This document shows positions 19,825 to 29,733 of a stretch of 64,000 nucleotides of DNA, piece by piece. The stretch covers positions 192,001 through 256,000 of the forward strand of contig CAWHEP010000008.1 in NCBI GenBank assembly GCA_963828525.1. Direction: 5' to 3'. A program made the translations under genes and the position numbers. Under the pieces are notes generated by a model, which was not told where the DNA came from, did not search any database, and saw nothing but the letters and a program-made list of their open reading frames with translations. The DNA comes from an uncultured Verrucomicrobiae bacterium (GTDB lineage: Bacteria > Verrucomicrobiota > Verrucomicrobiia > Chthoniobacterales > Chthoniobacteraceae). How positions within the stretch are numbered: position 1 is the first letter of the stretch; each line of letters starts with the position of its first letter.

Positions 19825-21093
19825 GTGGGTATTGATAAGAAACCTGGAAACGTCCTCACCCGGTTCTTCATGGCGCTTGGTCCCGGCTTGATCACAGGGG
19901 CGGCGGATGACGACCCGTCTGGAGTGGCCACTTACACCGTGGCGGGCGCGCAACTCGGCACAAGTCTGCTTTGGACCGCGCTCGTCACGTGGCCGCTGAT
20001 GGCGGCGGTGCAGATGATGTGCGCCAGGATCGGGATGGTGACAGGACACGGTTTGGCCCGAGCTTTGGGTCGCAAATTTCCAAAGCCGCTCGTCATTCTC
20101 GCCTCGTCGGCGCTGCTCGCCGCGAACACCATCAACATCGGGGCAGATCTTGCGGGGATGGGAGACGCGGCGCGCCTGCTGACGGGGATAAGCGCGCGAA
20201 TCTGGATAGCGGTGTTCGGAGTGGGCATCACTTATGCCACGGTACGCTTCCGGTATCAGCAGATCGCGGCAATCCTGAAATGGCTGGCCGCGGTGCTGCT
20301 GGTGTATGTGGTCGCGGCATTCACGCTTCATCCACGATGGTTCAGCATCCTCGGTGACACCATCGTGCCCTCCTGGCCGAAAACGCATGACGCGTGGGCG
20401 ACTTTGGTGGCTATCCTCGGAACAACCATCAGCCCTTACCTATTCTTTTGGCAGTCTTCCCAGGAGGTGGAGGAAAAAAAGGCTGCTGGGCGCCGCCGCT
20501 TGATCGTACGACCGCGAGGTCCAGGGGAGGAAGCCATCCTCGACCGCAAGCTAGACGTGGGAGCCGGGACCTTCTTTTCCAATATCGTCATGTATTTCAT
20601 CATACTCACTGCCGCGCTCACGCTCTACAAGGCAGGCGCGAAGATCGAGACCACCACCGAGGCAGTCGAGGCTCTCCGACCTCTGGCCGGAAATTTCGCG
20701 GCCGCGCTTTATACGGCTGGCATCATCGGCGCAGGCCTCTTGGCGATTCCTACTCTTGCCGGTTCGGCGGCCTACGCCTTCGCGGAAATCTTCCACTGGA
20801 GACAGGGCCTGGATCGGCCGTTCAACTCGGCAACCGCTTTTTACAGCCTGCTCATTCTTTCAACCCTGGCCGGGATCGGATTGAACTTTGCAAACGTGAA
20901 CCCCGTGAAGGCTCTCTTCTGGACAGCCGTGATTAACGGGCTCCTCGCTCCCTTCCTCCTGGTCGGCATCCTTATCATCGCGTGTGATCGCGATGTAATG
21001 GGCAAAAATCCCAGCTCGATGCTGGGACGCGTTGTTGTGGGTCTTGCCACACTCCTCATGTTTGGAGCCGCGGTGGGGATGTTCGTTTTCTAA
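19825..21093 (+). CDS. NRAMP-family divalent metal transporter
   Basis: LGPGLITGAADDDPSG, LGTTISPYLFFWQ, many TMs. Confidence 0.92.
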   Translation: MGIDKKPGNVLTRFFMALGPGLITGAADDDPSGVATYTVAGAQLGTSLLWTALVTWPLMAAVQMMCARIGMVTGHGLARALGRKFPKPLVILASSALLAANTINIGADLAGMGDAARLLTGISARIWIAVFGVGITYATVRFRYQQIAAILKWLAAVLLVYVVAAFTLHPRWFSILGDTIVPSWPKTHDAWATLVAILGTTISPYLFFWQSSQEVEEKKAAGRRRLIVRPRGPGEEAILDRKLDVGAGTFFSNIVMYFIILTAALTLYKAGAKIETTTEAVEALRPLAGNFAAALYTAGIIGAGLLAIPTLAGSAAYAFAEIFHWRQGLDRPFNSATAFYSLLILSTLAGIGLNFANVNPVKALFWTAVINGLLAPFLLVGILIIACDRDVMGKNPSSMLGRVVVGLATLLMFGAAVGMFVF

Positions 21094-21138
21094 GGAGCGG
21101 GCGTTCGAATGAGCATGCTTTCTGCTGAATAAGGAAGC

Positions 21139-21735
21139 GTGTCTCAGAGGTCCTTGTTCAATGGCAAAGGCACCGTGTTTCTCCCGGCGCGGCATCGGAG
21201 GCTTTCCCACGTGTATGCCGCTGACAGCCCTTTGGGTGTCGGAGCGTTCGCCGGACGCGACTTTGCGACAGGGGAGTTGATCCTGCACTTCTCGGGCCCT
21301 GAGATCACAACCCACTCGGCAAAAAGATACCCGGCGGGCCACACGCTTCAGATTAATTCCGAAACTTGCGTCGAACTGGATTCGCCCGGCGTTTTCCTCA
21401 ACCACTCCTGCCAGCCAAACACAGGCGTGAGGGGGCTGTTCTCGGCATACGCCCTGCGTCCCATTGAGCGGGGCGAGGAACTCCGCTACGATTATTCCAC
21501 GACGGTTTGCGGGCGGCATTGGAAAATGCGATGCGGCTGCGGGGCAAGCGGTTGCCGGGGCGAGATAGAATGCTTCTTCCGCCTTCCGGAGTCTCTACAG
21601 GAACGCTACGTCGAGGCCGGGATAGTTCAGGCTTTTATCGTGGATCAATGGCGATCGGCCTTCTCAGAATACGCGCGGAATACAGAGGCCGAGTCCAAGC
21701 GCGTTCCGCAATATGCGGAGACTGTCTGCTCTTAA
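21139..21735 (+). CDS. SET-domain methyltransferase with post-SET Cys cluster
   Basis: GVGAFA, FLNHSCQPN, GEELRYDY, CGCGASGCRG. Confidence 0.9.
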   Translation: MSQRSLFNGKGTVFLPARHRRLSHVYAADSPLGVGAFAGRDFATGELILHFSGPEITTHSAKRYPAGHTLQINSETCVELDSPGVFLNHSCQPNTGVRGLFSAYALRPIERGEELRYDYSTTVCGRHWKMRCGCGASGCRGEIECFFRLPESLQERYVEAGIVQAFIVDQWRSAFSEYARNTEAESKRVPQYAETVCS

Positions 21736-21752
21736 CTCACGCCACCAGCCTG

Positions 21753-21944
21753 TTACTTCACAGCGGCTGTAACTACTGAATTCGCGCCAGGCGATGCCCC
21801 AATGGCGCCTTCTTCTGGCGGGTGGAAGTTTTTGAGCGCGTACCCCGCCCAGACTAACAGGGCGAGCGCAGCCATAATGCTGACAATTTTGATGAGACCA
21901 ACGAGCCTCGCCCATGCCTTTGCCTCTTCGCTCATGTCCTCCAT
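21753..21944 (-). CDS. Small single-TM hypothetical protein
   Basis: 63 aa with one clear TM, fills an intergenic gap. Confidence 0.5.
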   Translation of the reverse strand: MEDMSEEAKAWARLVGLIKIVSIMAALALLVWAGYALKNFHPPEEGAIGASPGANSVVTAAVK

Positions 21945-22008
21945 TTCCGAACTAAAGCAACGAACGCCCTACTTTGCAAATTTTCGACTTCAAAAGCTCC
22001 CCACGGTG

Positions 22009-23166
22009 TCATTCAAGCGCGTTGTGAATCTTGATAAACTGCAGAATATCGTGCCGCGTCACGATTCCGACAAGCTTCCCCGCCTCCACCACTGCCAACC
22101 GGCTTTGGCCTGGGGAAAGCAATCGCTGCATGGCCCTCGCCGCGGGCTCATCGGGAGCGATCTTCAGGATTTCGGATCCTTGCGCCGCAGCGAGGTCCCC
22201 CGCCGAAGTGTAAGGCCACTTCTCCCGTGGCACGGTGTTCAAAAACTCGAGTCGGAGCAGACCGTGAAACTGGCCCTCTTCGTCACACACGGGGAATGCC
22301 GTGTGATGCCTTGCGAGAAAGAAGTCATCTACCGCGAGATTGAGCGGCGCGCTTACTGGGATGCAGGCCGGTTCCGCTGACATCACATCCTTCACGCGCG
22401 CTCCGGCGAGAGCAACTTGATTGATGGCATCCGCATAGCCGCTCTCCGCGGCATTCTTGAGGAATATTCCAATCAAGATGTAGACGAAGGCATCCCACCT
22501 CCCCCTTGTGAGCAGGAAGAGACCAAGCGCCATCATGAGCCAGCTAAACGCGATTCCCACTCGCGAGGCGGCGTAGGTCGCCCGGCGCAGGTTCCCGTCA
22601 CGCGCCCAGAGTACCGCCCGCAATACGCGGCCTCCGTCCAGCGGATATCCGGGGATGGCGTTAAAAATTACCAGCGCCCCGTTGATTCCAGACAGCCAGG
22701 CAAGCATGCGATTCGCCGGGAGGATTACAAGAATGCCGGAAATCCACGCGCCGGCCGCAAACAGGGCGCACAGCGCGACTGAGACGGCCGGACCTGCGAG
22801 CGCGATTTTTAGTTCTGCGCGAGGGTCGCCGGGTTCCCTGGAGAGTTCCGCCAAGCCGCCGATGAAAAGAAGCGTGATCCGGGGAACACGAATCCCGCAA
22901 CGCTGACTCATAAGGCTGTGCCCCAACTCATGCAACAAAATGCTCAGGAAGAAGAGCAGCCCCGTCGTTACGCCCAGCAGAAGATAGACCCAGTCGCCAT
23001 ATCCTGGAAGCACCGAAGGGAAAAAACGAACCGACAACTGGTAGGTAATGATCGCGGCAATGACGAACCAGCTATAGTCGAGGTAGAACCTGATGCCGAA
23101 GAACCTGCCAAGGTAAAATCCCCTGCTTCGCTGTTGGGCAGAATGCTTTGGAGTTCCGTGTTGCAT
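22009..23166 (-). CDS. Site-2 protease (M50) with CBS domains
   Basis: HELGH, FNAIPGYPLDGGR, C-terminal CBS pair. Confidence 0.93.
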   Translation of the reverse strand: MQHGTPKHSAQQRSRGFYLGRFFGIRFYLDYSWFVIAAIITYQLSVRFFPSVLPGYGDWVYLLLGVTTGLLFFLSILLHELGHSLMSQRCGIRVPRITLLFIGGLAELSREPGDPRAELKIALAGPAVSVALCALFAAGAWISGILVILPANRMLAWLSGINGALVIFNAIPGYPLDGGRVLRAVLWARDGNLRRATYAASRVGIAFSWLMMALGLFLLTRGRWDAFVYILIGIFLKNAAESGYADAINQVALAGARVKDVMSAEPACIPVSAPLNLAVDDFFLARHHTAFPVCDEEGQFHGLLRLEFLNTVPREKWPYTSAGDLAAAQGSEILKIAPDEPAARAMQRLLSPGQSRLAVVEAGKLVGIVTRHDILQFIKIHNALE

Positions 23167-23181
23167 CGGCTACTTCCGAAA

Positions 23182-26100
23182 CTAGGGACTGAGAATTAAG
23201 GATGGAACATCGGGTTCGAATCCCCAAGGCAAGCTGGGCCAGGCCGTGGTCTCACCAAACAGAAGCTCCGGGTTCCGGGGCTGCTCCGCGACCCCGAGCG
23301 TCAACGGATGCGCCCCGGGCAGTGCCGCGGCGCGCGGAGCGCCTGTCATTTGCCATGCGGGTTCCCTTGAAGTGAGCGCGGCGAGACGAGGCGGAGGCAG
23401 AGGCGGGTCGCTCCAAAGAGCAACAGTTCCCTCCACGGGAGAGCCCAGGATCGAGGCAAAGAGTTGATAGCCGGAAACAGAGGCGGAACAGCGGAGGGAG
23501 AGCGTCACTCCCCGTGACGCGGGTTCGTTGAAATATACCGTTCCCCTGTCGATGAGAAAAGCATTCGAGTTCCATGGGATAAGAGTCGAATTCAATCCAA
23601 GGGCGGCGAGCGAGACACTTTGCAGCTCGGCGGCCCCTATCAATCGGAGGTCTCTGGGCGAACCAGCTATTTTGAAGGCAAGCTCTGCCTTGCCAGGCGT
23701 TGCCAATCCACGGAGAAGAGTCTCTCCCTTGCAGTCGATATTAATCGAACTGTCAGCGGCCAGAGGCGCGGCGCCCAAGGCCAGCCGGGCACCCTTGAAG
23801 ATCGCGCCGGGATCCAGCGTTTCGGCTGGTTTAGCTCCGTTGAACCTGGCCAAACCGCTCACTCGGAGCGCGGTTTCACCTTTCGAAAGAGTCAGATCAA
23901 GATCGGAGACGAAATGCAAGCCGTGGGCTGTCGTGAAAACCGCCTTCCTGGAATGTGCTTCGAATCCCGATGCGATAAAGGCGGGATCCTTCCAATCGAA
24001 AAATCCTTTCCCCAGCAGATCGCCGGCTAGGAAATCGGAAAGATTCGCGCGCGCCGCGAGCCTTTCTATTTCAGCCTGCTGTCCCAGCAGACTTACATCA
24101 GCTTCGACATTATCCAACGATAGGCCTCCGAGTGCCGCCTGCCCCTTACGTAAATGCATTTGTCCCATTACTGTGGCCGCGGACAAATTCCCCGCGGCGG
24201 ACACTTTCATTTCCAGGTCGCCCGAGATTGCACGATCTCGCCCAGTCAACAAAGCCGCGTCGTGAAGGCGCATGCCTTGCGCGGACAATGCCAGCTTAAG
24301 CGGGGCTTCGGCATCGAAAACGGAACTCCATGGCTGGGCCTGCCATAGCGCCCAGACATTGATGGGGAGCAGAGCGTCTCCCTGAAGAACGGTGACGTTC
24401 CTGTGTTGAAGCTTTATGGACTCCAGATTGATGGTTTTGGGAGCAGCCGTCACCTTGGCGCTGAAAGATGTTTGCGCATCCGCGAGCGAGAAGTTTGAGA
24501 GAAAGAAGCTGCCCGGCGCGTAAGTTCCTTCGGCGGCCACCGCCAAGGGGTGGAATGCGGGATCGGAAGCGCCAAGTGGCCTAAGGTCTCGAAGCCTGGC
24601 TCGGAACGCCCCCGAATGCGCGTTGACTGTGCCATCTCCTGACCAGTCGAGGAAAAGCCCTCCAGCAAACGCTCCCGGGGCGATTGGCTCCCGGAAAAAG
24701 CTGGAGTAGAGCGCGAGATCCGCGACGGAGGTCTTGATTTCGCCCCAGGTACCGTTTCTCTCCAAGGATATTTACCACGCCCCGTCCGCGCAGGAAATCG
24801 CCTTTGTGCGAGAACTCAATGCTGGAGACGTTTAATTCATTTCCGTTCAGGTTAAGCGTGGCATTGAGCGCGTCCAATGGAGCCGCGCCGTAGGACAGCC
24901 GGGAACCCTGAACCTGGAGCTGCCCGGTATAGGAGCGATTCTGCCCCCGCACCGAACCTTCCACGTTTACTTTGCCGGCGGCCACGCCAAACTCGGGGCC
25001 GAAGAGCGCCGCGAGTTCGGACAGGTTGTCCACACGCGCCGAGATATCGAAGGAAAATTGAGACTGCCACCAGTCGCTTAAAACCTCCGGAATCGCCATC
25101 TCTCCCCGGAGACTCAGCTCGTTATGAGCTTGTGAGAGACGGAACTCGGGCAACAAAACCTGGCGATCAAAAAGGGTGGCTCCCACGACAAGAGAGTTCC
25201 ATTTCCGTTTGCCCCAGAGAAAGTCGGTCGCTTCCAGGCGAATCGAAAGGGTCGCCTTCTGGAAATCGCGAGGCGATCCCCTGAAGGTGAATTTGCCCTC
25301 CTTGATCACTCCACCCGCAACCCCCGAAAACGCCACAAAGTTCGCGACATCCTCAATGGCAATCTGAGAGAACGAACCACTGGCGTCGAATTGAACTCCT
25401 CCACCCGATGCGGCAGCGAGCGCTTCGCCGCGTATCATTCCTCCGAACGCGGCAAGGTCAAATGCCACGTAGGCACGGCCTGCCTGCATCTCGCGCAAAT
25501 CCGCGGAGATGCTGCCGAATCGAATGGTCGAGTCCAGCTTCAGCCCATTCAGCGACAACTTCGACCCATCGAACGCGGTGGTTCCCCTTACATCATCAAA
25601 GGTTTTGGTGAATTCGGGACGCCGGATTTCGACCCGGTGCGCCTCAATGATTCCGGGAGCCGCCTCACTTACCGTGAAATGGATGTCATCGAGAGCGGTC
25701 TCGAACCCTTTTTGGTTCAGCGCAAAGTAGCCTCGCAGCAGTTCGAGCTCATGAGGAACAAACATGGCGAGCATCCCAAAATCGCCTTCACCCTGGTCGT
25801 ATTCGGCGAGCGCGTCCAGGTTCGCGATTCCCGACCCACCCGGCAAATTAACTTCGCCGCGCATTCCGTCGACGCAGACCTTTCTCACCAAGTGGGGGCT
25901 GCGGCGCAGGAGCCAGTCCCACCACTGCGGTGTAATCTCCACGCGAAGGAGGCGGAAGTTCATCGAAGCGGCCCCCGAAGTTCGAGAAACGATGTTTACA
26001 TTCCGCAGGGTGATTGGCTGGTATAAACTCCCGGAGATCTCACCAATCTCAATCCCGGCGTTGCGCCATTCTCCGTCGGCAAGCAGGAGTTCGCGCAGAC

Positions 26101-26212
26101 ACGCTCGGAAAGAGGGAGGATAAAGCAGGCAGAACGCGGCCAAAGCCAGCGCGAGGGCAATGCTCCATAATATCGGATGCCGCCGCTTTTGACGCGCAGA
26201 GGTGGCTGCCAT
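23182..26212 (-). CDS. AsmA/TamB-like bridge protein, split by one apparent frameshift at about 24750
   Basis: N-terminal TM anchor then beta-rich repeats; two ORFs join as ILGEKRY|WGEIKTSVADL if one base is removed. Confidence 0.65.
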
Positions 26213-26262
26213 TTACTGCTGTGGGAAAGGGGCGATGCCCGTATTGAACGAGGTTTCGCGGT

Positions 26263-27348
26263 TCAGGCAAGCAAAGGTTGCGGCGGGAACAGCGCGAGCT
26301 GACCCAAACTTGGCCGATTGAAACCTGAGGTCGAGAGTTGGAATTCGCGGCGGCGCATGCCCGACCGGCGCAGGGACACAGCGAAAAGAGCGGACATCTG
26401 TTCGGCAAAAATCCCCTCGCCACGCATTCGCGAGCCAAATCGGGCATCGTTCATGCGTCCTCCGCGGATTTCGCGAACACGGCCAAGCACCTTGTCACGC
26501 CGGTCGGGAAAATGCCTCTCCAGCCACGCTTCGAAAAGGGAGGCGACGCCCCACGGCAGGCGCAAAGGAACGAATGCGGCGCCGGACGCGCCGGCTTGCG
26601 CAGCCGCCTCCAGGAGAGCTGGCATCTCATGATCCGTAAGGCCAGGAATCACCGGAGCCATCATAACACTCACCGGAATGCCTGCTTCCGCGAGTTCCCG
26701 AATGGCGGCCAATCTCCTCAAGGGCGGAGACGCCCGGGGCTCAAGCTTTTTCGCCAGCGCGGGATCAAGGGTCGTGATCGACAGCGACACTCCAGCCGCG
26801 TTGCCGCGAGCGAGCCGGCTCAGCAGATCGATGTCCCGTGTCACAAGATGGTTTTTTGTTATTACCGCCACTGGGTTGCAAAACTCCGCCAGCACCTCCA
26901 GGCAGCGACGGGTAATCTGCAGTCTGCGCTCGACGGGCTGATAACAGTCAGTCACACCGCTCATCGCCAGGACCTCCGGCTTCCAACGCGAAGAAGAGAG
27001 CTCCTCCCGCAGCAACTCTGGCGCATTCAGCTTTGCTACGATCTTCGTCTCGAAATCGAGACCCGCCGAAAAGCCCAGGTATTCGTGCGTTGGACGGGCG
27101 TAACAGTAGGCGCACCCATGCTCACATCCCCGGTATGGGTTGAGGCTGGCATTAAAGCCAACATCGGGACTGTTATTCCGCGTAATGATTGTTTTGGAGT
27201 CATCTTTTAGAATCTGGGTTCTGGGGCTGCTTTCCTCCTCCTCGCAGTCAACATCGGCAACGTATTCAAGCTTCTCGAAACGGTTCTTTGGGTTCTCTGC
27301 CGCTCCGCGCCCCACGATCGCGTCTCCGCCATGCGGCTCAGTACTCAC
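26263..27348 (-). CDS. PA0069/Rv2578c-family radical SAM protein (SplB-like)
   Basis: SLNPYRGCEHGCAYCYAR, SGVTDCYQP, LEPRAS. Confidence 0.92.
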   Translation of the reverse strand: MSTEPHGGDAIVGRGAAENPKNRFEKLEYVADVDCEEEESSPRTQILKDDSKTIITRNNSPDVGFNASLNPYRGCEHGCAYCYARPTHEYLGFSAGLDFETKIVAKLNAPELLREELSSSRWKPEVLAMSGVTDCYQPVERRLQITRRCLEVLAEFCNPVAVITKNHLVTRDIDLLSRLARGNAAGVSLSITTLDPALAKKLEPRASPPLRRLAAIRELAEAGIPVSVMMAPVIPGLTDHEMPALLEAAAQAGASGAAFVPLRLPWGVASLFEAWLERHFPDRRDKVLGRVREIRGGRMNDARFGSRMRGEGIFAEQMSALFAVSLRRSGMRRREFQLSTSGFNRPSLGQLALFPPQPLLA

Positions 27349-27354
27349 GGCGGC

Positions 27355-27924
27355 CTAGGTTCGCGAGAGGCTGCGTTTCCATTTGATGCCGCAGCCTACG
27401 CTCGGCTTCTGATCAGGCGAAACCGGGACGCCTTGGATTACCGCGTCCACCGCCGCGCGAAGATCACGTCCATCCGGCCGCCCCTTGCCCGGGCGCGAGC
27501 TATCGAATTGGCCGCGATACACCAGAAGACGCTCGCCATTGAAAAGAAAGAAGTCGGGAGTACATGCGGCTCCGTATGCCTTCGCGACCTCCTGACTTCC
27601 GTCGTAGCAGACCGGAAAGCTTAAATCTGCTGACAACGCCATTTCCTTCAATTTCTCCGGCGCGTCATCTGGGTAGGCGTCCGCGTCGTTGGAACTGATC
27701 GCGATGATCCCCAAATCTTTCGCGGCGTAGTCGCGCCCCAGTCGCGCCAGCGCTGGCAGAATATGAATGACGTAGGGACAGTGCGCGCAGATGAACATGA
27801 CGAGGAGAGCCTTTTCACCGCGGTAAGAAGCGGAGGTGATCTGCCGTGCTGACACCGTATCCGGCAAGGAAAAACCCGGAGCGGTCGTGCCCAGTGCCAG
27901 CATCTGCGAACGCGTTTCGGACAT
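27355..27924 (-). CDS. Thioredoxin-family (AhpC/TSA-like) protein
   Basis: FICAHCPYV, AACTPDFF, SVGCGIKW. Confidence 0.92.
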   Translation of the reverse strand: MSETRSQMLALGTTAPGFSLPDTVSARQITSASYRGEKALLVMFICAHCPYVIHILPALARLGRDYAAKDLGIIAISSNDADAYPDDAPEKLKEMALSADLSFPVCYDGSQEVAKAYGAACTPDFFLFNGERLLVYRGQFDSSRPGKGRPDGRDLRAAVDAVIQGVPVSPDQKPSVGCGIKWKRSLSRT

Positions 27925-28007
27925 CTTTGGAGATTAGCAGCAGGGATCGAAGAGTTCAAACGCGCCGCTGGCTGAGCGCGCGTCGCTAATAAAGGTCACA
28001 GGCTTTC

Positions 28008-28436
28008 TCAGCCAGCAATGACGAGCGAAAAACCTTCCTTTTCCGCGGCGTCGCAGAGGCGTTGGTCCAAGCAAACAACCCGCAGGCGCATTGGGTCATG
28101 ATCGGCCGCAATAACGGCGGCGGCAAGCTGCAAGGCGTCAGCGGCTCGGAGGACATGAACGCGCAGCAGCCGTTCTGCTGTTTGGCGGCAGGCCTCACTC
28201 GGAACCACCTCGACCCAGCTCTCCCTCAAAACGAGCAAACGTTGTTCCGCAGCGCGGACATCCTGGCGACGGAATCGTTCTTCGCGCGTCAGTCGGGCGA
28301 GCGCGGAAACACACTCCAACGGTGTTCCCCACCAGGTTACCATTGCAGGATCGGCAGCGAGCGCTTTCTCCATCTCCGCGCTGCGCGCCTGCTGCGTAAT
28401 CAGCGGCACGAGGGCAGACGAATCCCAGTAATTCAC
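28008..28436 (-). CDS. vapC: VapC PIN-domain toxin
   Basis: YWDSSALV, E in PLECVS, LRAADALQLA, LDQRL. Confidence 0.9.
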   Translation of the reverse strand: MNYWDSSALVPLITQQARSAEMEKALAADPAMVTWWGTPLECVSALARLTREERFRRQDVRAAEQRLLVLRESWVEVVPSEACRQTAERLLRVHVLRAADALQLAAAVIAADHDPMRLRVVCLDQRLCDAAEKEGFSLVIAG

Positions 28437-28732
28437 AGCCCTTCTTCTCTTTCGGCCAGTAGAGCCTTCAGGATATCACCCCCATCGGTGGGAGAAGGGA
28501 GGGGCAACTTGCACAGGGCCGCCACGTCAAGGGAACGTGAGGATGCCCTTACAAGCCCGCGCCTTATCAACCCTCCCAGCCACGCGGGATCGCTCACGAA
28601 CGAGCCGACAGCCGGTTCGAGGCGGGCGACAGGTTTCTGCCTGTCTGTAATCAGGAATGTCTCTCCCTCCTGCACGCGAGCGAGTATCTCACTGAGATGG
28701 TCGCGGGTATACGAAATATTGGCGCTTTCCAT
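28433..28732 (-). CDS. Phd/YefM-family antitoxin
   Basis: HLSEILARVQEGETFLITDRQKPVARL; overlaps the toxin start. Confidence 0.9.
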   Translation of the reverse strand: MESANISYTRDHLSEILARVQEGETFLITDRQKPVARLEPAVGSFVSDPAWLGGLIRRGLVRASSRSLDVAALCKLPLPSPTDGGDILKALLAEREEGL

Positions 28733-28738
28733 AACGCC

Positions 28739-28766
28739 ATGTTAGCCATTTTGTTCACTCTTACAA
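28739..28766 (-). promoter_or_regulatory. Putative TA promoter
   Basis: TTGTAA-N16-TAACAT just upstream of the antitoxin ATG, with ATGGC repeats. Confidence 0.4.
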
Positions 28767-28784
28767 GCTATATTGTGTCACGAC

Positions 28785-28826
28785 CGCCGACCGCCATGAG
28801 CCGTTCGCTGGAGCGCGTGGTTAGGC
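28785..28826 (-). mobile_element. Truncated integron attC (R'' and L'' arm only)
   Basis: Minus strand GCCTAAC-CACGC-GCTCCAGCGAACGGCTCAT; 38/41 identical to 29241-29281; cassette ORF stop lies inside the TAAC. Confidence 0.75.
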
Positions 28827-29162
28827 CTGATGGTCGCCAGATAGTCGCTTGCGGTCGGGCCGAGAGAACCAAGAACCAGCGGCGATAGCCAAATAGATCG
28901 CGGAAGCGGCTGCGCGCACCGGCAAAGGTGCTCGTTCGGACGCGGAGGGAAACAAAGGCCTGGCATGGGGACCGATCTCCAACCCAGGGCCATCGGCGCG
29001 CCCGGTGAAGAGGACAAGCACGCCAATGGCTGCGGTAACGACGGCAATCAGAGTATGAAGTGATCGGCGGCTGCGCGCTTGGAGAAACCCTTGCAGCAGC
29101 CCTGCCGCGCACAACAACACGGCGATGCCCGCAGCGAAGAAGAGAAGCGATATGAGATTCAT
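28821..29162 (-). CDS. Integron cassette-encoded hypothetical membrane protein
   Basis: Starts 19 nt after the R' GTTAGGC and stops in the R'' of the next attC; hydrophobic segments. Confidence 0.6.
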   Translation of the reverse strand: MNLISLLFFAAGIAVLLCAAGLLQGFLQARSRRSLHTLIAVVTAAIGVLVLFTGRADGPGLEIGPHARPLFPSASERAPLPVRAAASAIYLAIAAGSWFSRPDRKRLSGDHQA

Positions 29163-29181
29163 GGCAAGGGAAGCGCGAAGG

Positions 29182-29282
29182 GCCTAACGGCCAAAGCTCA
29201 ACGACGGCTCATCGCGAGGTGGATCTGGAATGCAGAGAAACGCCGACCGCCATGAGCCGTTCGCCAGAGCGCGTTGTTAGGG
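29182..29282 (-). mobile_element. Complete integron attC site (about 101 bp)
   Basis: Minus strand CCCTAAC...GTTAGGC ends; inner arms GCTC/GAGC and ACGGCTCAT/ATGAGCCGT form an imperfect hairpin. Confidence 0.85.
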
Positions 29283-29612
29283 CGTCCCGGGGCGACCAGC
29301 CGGGCATAGATCAATCATGCGTCGGTAGCCCGCTCCGCGCGGACCGCTCAATTCATCATGCGCAAGCGGGGTGATGATGATGCCGGGATTGATCGTGTTG
29401 ACGCGCGCGCCGCGCTTGCCCCATCGCACGGCCTCGGCCATCACTCGCAAGGAATTCCCGCGCTTGGAAAGTTGGTAGCGTGGAGTGGGTCGGTCACCTG
29501 GTCAGGCTGAAGCATGGGCAAAGCGACCCGCCACGCGCGATGACGTTGCCAATCTCCTCCAGCACCAGCGCGGTGCCAAACAGATCGACCTTGAGGATGA
29601 CGGCGGGATGGC
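29277..29612 (-). pseudogene. SDR oxidoreductase fragment (deleted, frameshifted, truncated at attC)
   Basis: ILKVDLFGTALVLEEIGNVIARGG / LPMLQPDQVTDPLHA / YQLSKRGNSLRVMAEAVRWGKRGARVNTINPGIIITP...GRPGTP*; YxxxK present. Confidence 0.8.
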
Positions 29613-29733
29613 GCAATTGCTTTACGGCAGTGGGCCTGCGGCGGTGACGCTTCGGCGTGTTCGTGGTGCGGCCCCCAAATCGGCAGCGGCACTTTTCGCT
29701 GGCTCTAACACCGCGCAACGTCAACATCCGCCC

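Noticed and set aside
28785..29281. 41-bp direct repeat as a CRISPR array
   Set aside because: Only two copies, 456 bp apart with an ORF between them, no cas genes; attC geometry explains it
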